A model generated the notes under the pieces. That model worked only from the letters and a program-made list of their open reading frames with translations, searched no databases and was not told the DNA's origin. The position numbers were made by a program, and so were the translations under genes. Shown here piece after piece: positions 35,525 to 44,287 of a stretch of DNA of 64,000 nt. Position 1 is the first letter of the stretch. The number at the start of each line of letters is the position of its first letter. Origin of the DNA: Azolla caroliniana (Eukaryota; Plantae; Polypodiophyta); NCBI GenBank assembly GCA_043228905.1, contig JBHGNT010000008.1, positions 14,756,001 through 14,820,000 on the forward strand, given 5' to 3'.

Positions 35525-38500
35525 TTATCCTTTCTTGGGGTTATCTACAACTCCTTTTTCATGATGCTTTTCAGCCATCATATCAATGTCTACAACTCCC
35601 ATCATGTTCTGAAACTGTGTATGCTTTTCCACACTCAATCCCTTTGTGAGAATATCAACAACCTGCTGATTTGTATTCACATACACCAGATCAACTTCTC
35701 CTTCAATCACTTTTTCTCTAACAAAGTGATAATGCACTTCAATGTGCTTTGTTCTTGCATGGAACACAGGGTTCTTTGCAAGTTGAATGCTGCTCATGTT
35801 GTCACACCAGATTGTGACAGTACCGTCTATATACTCTCCCAAATCAGCAAGCAATCTTCTGATCCATACCTCTTCACAAGTGGCTATGGCAGCTCCTCTG
35901 TACTCAGCTTCAGTACTAGACAATGCAACAGTAGCCTGTTTCTTGCTACTCCATGAAATACCTGCACTTCCCAATGTAAAGATATATCCACTTGTGGATC
36001 TTCTATCTGTTTGGCTTCCAGCCCAATCATCATCTGTATATCCTTCCAGATTTATGTCCAAATCAGCCCTGTAAAACAATCCATAGTTCTGAGTAGCTTT
36101 TACATACCTCAGAATTCTTCTAATGCAGTCCAAATGCGGCTTTGTTGGTTGTTGCATAAATTGGCTGACTAATCCAACTGCATAACTCAAATCAGGTCTT
36201 GTTATGGTCAAATAAATAAGACTGCCCACCATAGACCTGTACATGTTTACATCTTCTATTTTGGCTCCCAAATCAGCCCTCAATTTGCAGTTTTTATCTA
36301 GTGGTACTCCAATAGGTTTGCATCCAGGCATACCATACTTTTTCAACATAGTTGTTGCATATTGTCTTTGCAACACACATATACCACTTTCAGATCTGAT
36401 GATTTCAATACCCAAAAAATATCTCAGATCTCCCAAATCTTTCATATGAAATTTCATTTCCAAATTTCTTTTCAGCTTACTTATCTCATCCATGAAATCA
36501 CCTCCAATGATGAGATCATCAACATAAATCAGAATCACAACCATACAATCATCTTTCCTTTTAACATACAATGATGAATCAGCCTTTGACATTTTGAAGT
36601 CAAGTTTTTTCAGATAATCTGAAAGTTCCTTGTACCATGTTCTTGGTGCCTGTTTCAGTCCATAGAGAGCCTCTTTCAGCTTACATACATAATCTGGATG
36701 CTTCCTATCTTCAAAACCTGGTGGTTGACACATATACACTTCTTCTTCCAAGTTACCATGTAAAAAAGCATTTTTTACATCCATATGATGAAGAAACCAT
36801 CTTCTGGCTGCACCTACAGCCAGTAATGTCCTCAATGTTGCCATCTTTGCAACCGGTGCAAATGTCTCATCATAATGAATTCCTTGCATTTGGGCATATC
36901 CCTTTGCAACCAATCTTGCTTTATGTCTACTTACATTCCCACTGGAATCATGCTTTGTCTTGTAGACCCATTTGCAACCTACCACATTTTTTCCCTTTGG
37001 TAACTTCACCAAATCCCATGTTCTGTTTTCAGCCAATGCATCAATCTCTTCTTGCATTGCGTCCACCCATTTCTTCTCAGTTTTAGCCTCATCAAAACTA
37101 CTTGGATCAGGGATCTGTACCACCTTAGACATGTATGCATAATGCATAGCCATGTATGTATCATAACCAAATCTTTCAACAGTTTTTTTCTCTCTATCTG
37201 ATCTTCTCAGTTTCTGATTTGCATCCTTCAATGCTTTTTCCATACCAGGGATCTTCAATCCTCTTATACCAAGAAGGTCATCCAATGACACATTTGAATC
37301 CTCATCTTCCATGTTTTTAGACAAGTCATCCAACATTTCATACTCTGGCATTTTCTGTTTTCCTTTTTTATCATCACATTTTTTGTGTCCTCCACTTTTT
37401 CCACTCCAAGAATTTGAATCAGATTTACCATCTGAGCTTTTTGATGGTCCGGAACATTCTGTTGATGTTGGACTTTGCTGTCCAACCTTGCTTCCATCTC
37501 TGTGGCAGTCTTCTACATTTTCAGATTTGTCTTTGTCTTCAATCTCATTGTCTTCATCAGTCTCTGGATTCTGTTTTGGACTATACCAGCTGGCTAACTC
37601 ATCAAAGATTACATCCCTACTTGTCACAATCTTCTTTGTTACAGGGTTATAGCATCTATACCCTTTTTGTTCTTCTGAATAGCCAACAAAAATACATTTT
37701 TCTGCCTTTGGATCCAACTTACTTCTTACTTCTACAGGCACATGTACATATGCAAGGCATCCAAACACTTTTAAGTGTTCTATACTAGGTTTCCTTCCGT
37801 AGAAACACTCTTCAAGAGTTGTTTCATGTACTCCCGATGTTATACATCTATTTAGAATATAATTTGCTGTATTTACAGCTTCTGCCCAATAGTACAATGG
37901 CATATTCTTCTCTGTCATCAAAGCCCTTGCAATGTTCACCAATGTTCTGTTTTTCCTCTCAGCAACTCCATTTTGCTGTGGAGTATATCTACATGTGAAC
38001 TGTCTTCTTATTCCCTGATTGCATAGAAAATCAGAAAATTCATTGGAGAAATACTCTCCTCCTCCATCAGATCTTAAACATTTTATTCTTGTACCTGTCT
38101 GCTTTTCTACCATGCATTTAAACTTACGAAAACATTCAAACACTTCACTTTTCTCTTTCATGAAGTACACCCATGTTTTCCTTGAGCAATCATCAATAAA
38201 AGTTACATAAAATCTGCAGCCACCGATAGATGCATTCTTAGTTGGTCCCCATACATCCGTATGTACCAAATCCAACAAATTTTTACTTACATGTCTTTCA
38301 TGAGGGAATGGCAACCTATTTTTCTTTCCATATTGACATGCTTCACATATCTTTCCCATTTCACAATTTTTCAGTTTTGGCAGTCCAGCCACTGCATCTT
38401 TTCTCAACATATTCTTTAGGGTTTGCATACTTATGTGGCCAATCCTTTTATGCCACATTTCCACATCTGAGACTACACTCATTCCATTTGCAAACATAGC

Positions 38501-39874
38501 TGAAATCTGTCTAGGCATGTCAACATCCAAAATAAACATTCTTCCTTGTCGTTTTCCTTTTGCAATGAGCTTCCCATTCTTTTCTATATAGCATCCACTT
38601 TGCTTAAACTTTACTTGCATACCTTGCTCTACTATCTGTCCAACAGAAATCAGATTCTTAGCAAGATTTGGAACATGCATTACATTCAACATATACTTAG
38701 TCTTTCCTTTTTCTTCCCACAATGGAATATCTCCAACATGTTCTATTTGGTGAGTACTATTATCACCCGTCTGTACATAGCCAGGAATATCTAGTTCTCT
38801 CAACCTTTCAAACCAGTTTGCATGTCCAATCATATGGTTAGATGCCCCCGAGTCTACATACCATGTAAACTCTTCATTACATTTCTGTGAGCTTTCAGCC
38901 ACTGCTGCTATCTCATGTTGTACCACAAATGCACCATCTTTTTCACAATCTTCACTAGTTTGGGCATAGTTATTCTGCTGTCTCTTTCCTCTTTGCTCAT
39001 CATTTTGCTTCTTGTAACATTCAGCCTGTGTGTGGCCTGGTTTTCCACAATACCAACAACCATCATCATTTACATATGTTTGCTTACCTCTACCTTGGTT
39101 GCTCCCCCTGCCTCTGTTGTTGTTTCTTCCTCTAATGGTTTGTTGTCCTCTTCCTTGATAACCATTATTGTTGGTTCTTGCTGAGCCAAATCTTCCATGG
39201 CCTCTTCCTCGGCCTCTTCCGGCACTATTATATAGGGCTTGCCCCTCATTCTCAAGATTTCCTTTATTTACATCATCCATCTGATTCCTTTCTTCTACTA
39301 CAAGCATTGAAACCAGATCTGAGAAACTTGGGATACTATCCCTTGTAAGCATAGAGGTTTTAAAGCTTTTGTATTGGGGTCCCAAGCCTCTCAAGCATAT
39401 TTCTACCTTATCATCATCTTCTATCTTTACATTGATAGAAGCAAGTGATTCACATATGCTCTTTATTTTCAAGGCATACTCATTTATTGACATCTTACCT
39501 TTTTCTAAGGTATTTAGCTCAGTCTTCAACTGTAGCTTTCTAGCTTTTGTGTTTACTGCAAACAGTTTTACCAAACTGTCCCAAGCTTCTTTTGGGAGCA
39601 TAGCATCCTGTATGTGCCCAAGCATCGAATCTGAGATGCTAAGTGAGAGCCAATGCATTACCTTCCTTGCCCCTTGATTCCAATCTTTGAATGCTTTAAT
39701 CTGTGCTGTTGTGGCATTTTCTTCTGGGATCTCCGGAGCCTCTTCTAGGTCTCCTTCAATGTAATCCCAGTATCCTTTCCCCATTAGGAAATTTGTCATT
39801 CTAAATTTCCACGCCGGGAAATTGTTTTTATCTAGTTTCTCTGTAACTATTTGGCCCGCATTCTCTGCAGCCAT
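35525..39874 (-). CDS. Copia Gag-Pol polyprotein (about 1449 aa from ATG 39874)
   Basis: Uninterrupted ORF with CCHC (CWYCGKPGHTQAEC), protease YVDSGAS, IN HHCC and DDE (HTDVW, RSDGG, VAERK), RT IYVDD and RNase H. Confidence 0.97.
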   Translation of the reverse strand: MAAENAGQIVTEKLDKNNFPAWKFRMTNFLMGKGYWDYIEGDLEEAPEIPEENATTAQIKAFKDWNQGARKVMHWLSLSISDSMLGHIQDAMLPKEAWDSLVKLFAVNTKARKLQLKTELNTLEKGKMSINEYALKIKSICESLASINVKIEDDDKVEICLRGLGPQYKSFKTSMLTRDSIPSFSDLVSMLVVEERNQMDDVNKGNLENEGQALYNSAGRGRGRGHGRFGSARTNNNGYQGRGQQTIRGRNNNRGRGSNQGRGKQTYVNDDGCWYCGKPGHTQAECYKKQNDEQRGKRQQNNYAQTSEDCEKDGAFVVQHEIAAVAESSQKCNEEFTWYVDSGASNHMIGHANWFERLRELDIPGYVQTGDNSTHQIEHVGDIPLWEEKGKTKYMLNVMHVPNLAKNLISVGQIVEQGMQVKFKQSGCYIEKNGKLIAKGKRQGRMFILDVDMPRQISAMFANGMSVVSDVEMWHKRIGHISMQTLKNMLRKDAVAGLPKLKNCEMGKICEACQYGKKNRLPFPHERHVSKNLLDLVHTDVWGPTKNASIGGCRFYVTFIDDCSRKTWVYFMKEKSEVFECFRKFKCMVEKQTGTRIKCLRSDGGGEYFSNEFSDFLCNQGIRRQFTCRYTPQQNGVAERKNRTLVNIARALMTEKNMPLYYWAEAVNTANYILNRCITSGVHETTLEECFYGRKPSIEHLKVFGCLAYVHVPVEVRSKLDPKAEKCIFVGYSEEQKGYRCYNPVTKKIVTSRDVIFDELASWYSPKQNPETDEDNEIEDKDKSENVEDCHRDGSKVGQQSPTSTECSGPSKSSDGKSDSNSWSGKSGGHKKCDDKKGKQKMPEYEMLDDLSKNMEDEDSNVSLDDLLGIRGLKIPGMEKALKDANQKLRRSDREKKTVERFGYDTYMAMHYAYMSKVVQIPDPSSFDEAKTEKKWVDAMQEEIDALAENRTWDLVKLPKGKNVVGCKWVYKTKHDSSGNVSRHKARLVAKGYAQMQGIHYDETFAPVAKMATLRTLLAVGAARRWFLHHMDVKNAFLHGNLEEEVYMCQPPGFEDRKHPDYVCKLKEALYGLKQAPRTWYKELSDYLKKLDFKMSKADSSLYVKRKDDCMVVILIYVDDLIIGGDFMDEISKLKRNLEMKFHMKDLGDLRYFLGIEIIRSESGICVLQRQYATTMLKKYGMPGCKPIGVPLDKNCKLRADLGAKIEDVNMYRSMVGSLIYLTITRPDLSYAVGLVSQFMQQPTKPHLDCIRRILRYVKATQNYGLFYRADLDINLEGYTDDDWAGSQTDRRSTSGYIFTLGSAGISWSSKKQATVALSSTEAEYRGAAIATCEEVWIRRLLADLGEYIDGTVTIWCDNMSSIQLAKNPVFHARTKHIEVHYHFVREKVIEGEVDLVYVNTNQQVVDILTKGLSVEKHTQFQNMMGVVDIDMMAEKHHEKGVVDNPKKG

Positions 39875-42256
39875 TATCTCTTCCAAACTAGGTTTTCTGT
39901 TACAATTACTTCAACAAGTAACTTTCTGATTCAGATCAGCAAACAGAGAAATACCTTTCTCAGATCTATGCACTTTTGTACTCTTCTTTATGAGCAACTC
40001 TGCTCTGATACCATGTTAATAAAACGTGAAGAAGGCACTCGAGCTCTTCTTATGTGCGCGGCGGATCGTGGTGTGCTAGATCGTTTAGTGCTCAAACACA
40101 GAAGGGAAAGGGGAAGGAGACTTACCTCTGTAGCAGCCAAAACTTCTTCTATTTCATTATACGCGGAGCTCTACTTGCTCTCTTTTTTGTTTCTCTCTCT
40201 TGCTCTCACTCTCTGAGTTCTTTCTCTCTATGCTCACTATCTCTCTCTTAGAGTTCTACTTCCTGTATATCTTCATCTATATTCTTACTCTCTTACTTTC
40301 TACCTAAGTAATAAGTTACTTACGTATGCAGCTAATTAGCTGCCTGTAGCTAATTAGCTGTCAGTCACTAAATAGCTGTCAGTAGCTAATTAGCTGTCAG
40401 TCGCTAAATAGCTGTCAGTAGCTAATTAGCTGTTTCTCCTTTATGTTCACAAGTAGCTAAATAACTACTATAGCTTATTTCCCAATAAGCATCGCATACC
40501 ATGTTGAGCTTGCTCCTCAACAGTATTCACCTCTGTTATCTGCTCGAACCGCCTTCAGCTTCCGGCCAGTTTCTCTTTCCACTCTCGCGTGGAGCTCTTT
40601 GAAGACGGATAGCACCTAATCCTTCATCTTTAACGGTGTGGCCCACAACTTCCGGCTGTGGTCATCAATGAACGTCATGAAGTACTGCAATCCGGCATGT
40701 GACTTTGTGTCCACTTGACATACATCAGTATGCACCAACTCTAGTGGTGCATTACGTCTCATCGGTGGCCTCGATCAGAAGGAGGTCCGGTTTTTTTTAC
40801 TGGCCAGACAATCAGTGCACTTCTCCAAGTGCACGTTCTTCACTGGAATGAGGTTGTCATCTGCAAGCCTCTTCATCCCCTTCTCGCTCATGTGACACAA
40901 CCTCTTGTGCCACAGCTCACTGGCAGTGTCGGATGCCACGTTCACTTCTTCCAGGCATAACCGGGCATTCATCAGGTACAACGTGTTTACCTTCCGGGCC
41001 CGAGCCACAATCAGGCTCCCTTTGCTGAACTTCATAACACCGTTCCGAATTCTACCCGGTAGCCTTCATCATCTAGCCGACCAGTTGATATCAGGTTCAG
41101 ACGAACCTCCGGAATGTGTCGGACATCCTTCAACAGCAACTTGCATTCGGTTGGTGTTGTCAACCACACATCTCCTATGCTGACAATTCGGCATGTACCT
41201 TCACCCCCCATTCGGACACAGCCGTGATCACTGGCTGAGTAGGATGAGAAGAATTTTTGGTCCGGGGTAAGGTGGAACGATGATCCGGAGTCGACCACCC
41301 AGGTCATCTCGTCGCCGGCAAGGTTTAGCTCACTCTCCTCGGTGATGAGCATCAACTCTCCTTCACTTGCCGCAATTGCCGTCGTTCCATTTCGGTCCGG
41401 CCCCCTCCGGTCTTTACCATTCCTCCAATCCGTGATCAATCAATGCTAGCACGGGTTCTTTGATGTTACCAATTCGGACCGGAGTCTCCGTAGTTGCGCA
41501 TGCCCAGTGTGGCTTTGTGTAGTGAGAATTCAGTATTTCTTCCTCCAATTCGGTGTCATTCATTAGAACGGTATTTGCATTCACCCTTGGAGCGTTCTCC
41601 TCCATACTTTGCCTTTTTCTCTTCACGAGATCCACAAGAAGATCGTGGAACTCCTTCGCTATTCCGAGTAATTCTCGAAGTGAAAAATCTACCCGGCTAT
41701 CGAGGATTCTCTCCTCGAACACCTTTTTCACGCCGTCGCTTCTCATCTACATATAGTTCATGCAATTGGCATAAAGCAAACACACTATTCTTATCGACGG
41801 GGCACTCACATCCCGTAGCTTCCCGGATGCCTTCCGCAGTGCTTCGGATCTCGTTAGAGTCGGTTTTCTTGGTGTTTTCTAGCACTTCCGGCCAAAAAGA
41901 CACCTTTGCTCCCAATGACTCCCCGACACGTATTCCCGCGGTTGTCACGTAATTGTTCTTCGCCGCTATTTCCTCCTCTAGGACCTTCTTCATGCCGCCT
42001 TTTCGGAAGTTCGGTTGGAGCGGCTTCCGAGAGTCCATCGAATGAATCCGATTTCCCTCATAGCAGATAAGATCCTGTTGTAGCGCTTCCTTGTGCTCAT
42101 CGCAATCCCTCCGATTATGTTCGGTGCTATCGCACCATATGCATCGACGGTCCATATACTTGGAACTTGTGGGACGGTCATCCGAATTCTTCACCATCGC
42201 GATTTTTAGATTCTCCATCTCCTTTAGCAACTGCTCCACCGTAGTTGTGTCGATTC

Positions 42257-42979
42257 TGTTGGGAGACAGGTCCCTCCGGATGGGAAGGGAGAAGAACAGT
42301 GCCGACGAACAATCTCGGCTACGGAGAGCCGGATGGTGCAGACCCGGTGTGAACCGGATGAGGAGCACCCGGCTACGGAGAGCCGGATGATGCAGACCCG
42401 GTGTGAACCGGATGAGGAGCACCCGCCTACGGAGAGCCGGATGGTGCAGACCCGGTGTGAACCGGATGAGGAGCACCCGGCTACGGAGAGCCGGATGACG
42501 CAGACCCGGTAAGAACCGGAGGAAGAGACACATTCGTAAATATGTTTCTGAGAGCCCATCGTGGCTATATTTGTAAATAGCCGAAAAGTCATATTAGTAT
42601 AAATATGACTTAGGGCAAATATGTGTAAGAAGTTGTTGTCATTTTCTTGTTGGTGCAAGAAGAAGAGAGAACACGTAACAGTGTACAGAGAGAGAGAGAA
42701 AGAAAGAGGTCGTTGCCTCTGTTGTAACCGCCGCCTATGGCGAAGATCGTGAGTATGAGGTCGTTGCCTCCGTGAACTCACTGTTTTGTACATTCCAACA
42801 TAGTGATAGTTTGCAGCCTGTGGGCTGCCGTGGTTTTTCCCTCTTTGGGTTTTCCACGTAAACATTCTGTGTACCTTTTCTCTCCTTTGTGTCGCGTACA
42901 TTTGTTCCCGTTTTTTGTGTATCATTCTAAGCTCGGTTGTGGCCAAGCATAGCGCATAAGGAGCCTTGAGTTCCCGTCA
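42257..42979 (+). mobile_element. Solo LTR, Copia family B
   Basis: TGTTGGGAGA...TTCCCGTCA with perfect TSD GATTC; about 3.5 units of the 54-bp repeat. Confidence 0.95.
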
Positions 42980-43716
42980 GATTCCCTTCTCAGTCGTAGC
43001 TTCCTGAGCCCGCGGTTGATGGTCTTCCGATCCGGATCTCGGTTTCGGAATCGGTTCCGAAACCCTCTTTTCTTCGTTGGCAAACCATTGCCCCCTCTTT
43101 GTGTATCGCGCGACGATATCCCGCACGCTTTCCCATGTTTCGGTGAGGCCACTCTCAGTATTCGTGTCCTCTAGAAGCACTCCAAGATCCTTCCGGTCCC
43201 GGACGTCTACGGCTCGTAAGAACATGATAACTTTGTCCGGTGTGAGGATAGCTTGATCTCTCGTAGAAAACCTCCCGAACTGACTTTCAAATGCCGAAAA
43301 CACATCGAGGACCTTCATCCCCTTGTTCGGCGTTTCTACCCAATCCTCGAATCCTCTCCGCATTGCCTTGGAGGAGTCCTTGATAGCGAACGTGGTCTTT
43401 AGCGCCTCTTCAAACGCTTCCCACGTTGGATTTTGTTGTCGTAGCCCGTGGATACTTGCTTGAAGCCCGTCGGTAGCCACCTGGTTGAAGGATGCCACTT
43501 GCAGTCCTTCCGAAATCCCGCACCGTAGCATATCCGCCTTGTAGTCCCGAAGATAGCGTGATACGTCCTTTCCATTGAATTGCCCGATCCGTTGCACGAG
43601 CCGTTGTACTGCCGCCGCTATCTCCGACATCGCATGTTGTTCCTGAAGCATCCACTCGAACATCATCATCATGTTGTTAGCCTCCGGTTGATTTTCCATC
43701 TCCTTGCCACGCGTTT

Positions 43717-43733
43717 TCACGTCGGGTTCACCA
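43717..43733 (-). promoter_or_regulatory. tRNA-Trp primer-binding site
   Basis: TGGTGAACCCGACGTGA lies 2 nt after the LTR end and is complementary to the plant tRNA-Trp 3' end (TCACGTCGGGTTCACCA). Confidence 0.85.
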
Positions 43734-44227
43734 CTTGTGTCGTGCCTTTCGGCGCCGGATCGTTGCGTGAGTCAGGTGGGAACCGTTGAGGTTTTGGACT
43801 AGGAGAAAAGAAAATTCTAAGGCAATGAAGAATATGAAATATGTTGTAAGGAAGATATGAAAAACTCGTGAATCCCACGAGTATAGTGTATTAATGAGTA
43901 CTCAGATTAAGAGAGAGAAAAAATAGTTAGCAAATTTGTGAATCCCACGATTATATTATATTAATCGACCCCTGTAAAATAAGCAACAACCTCTATACAT
44001 CTTTCTCTCTTCCTTATATAGTGTTGGAAGAGTCTAAGTTTATCACATGCAAGCATCATGCTTTTCCTATCTTTAGTTTTCATGCACACTGCATGTGCAT
44101 GATTAGCTTTCTATCTCATCTTTTCTTTTAACTCGAGTGTCTATTCATGAATAACTTTTTGTACCATGAATATCTAGAAACTTTACATGGGATAAAGTTT
44201 AGTATAACTTTAAAATTCATAATACGC

Positions 44228-44287
44228 TAGTATAATGATAAGGCTTAACATTATTAACATGGAGGTGCAAGGTTCGAATCTTGCACT
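44228..44287 (+). ncRNA. tRNA-like Pol III module inside Gypsy LTR, antisense
   Basis: A-box-like TAGTATAATGA at 44228, consensus B box GGTTCGAATC at 44271 (43 nt later) inside hairpin GTGCAAG-GTTCGAAT-CTTGCAC, TTTT near 44305. Confidence 0.65.

Larger units (their letters stand above)
34998..40522 (-). mobile_element. Intact full-length Copia family E LTR retrotransposon
   Basis: 509-bp LTRs (34998-35506, 40014-40522) differ at about 3 positions; TSD GTATT; PBS TGGTATCAGAGC 40002-40013; PPT GAGGGGGAG 35507-35515. Confidence 0.98.

Noticed and set aside
40490-40522. PBS-like TGGTAT right after the 21-bp terminal hairpin of the E LTR
   Set aside because: Only 6 nt match, and it is not conserved in the related LTR (AAGGTAT near 10985).
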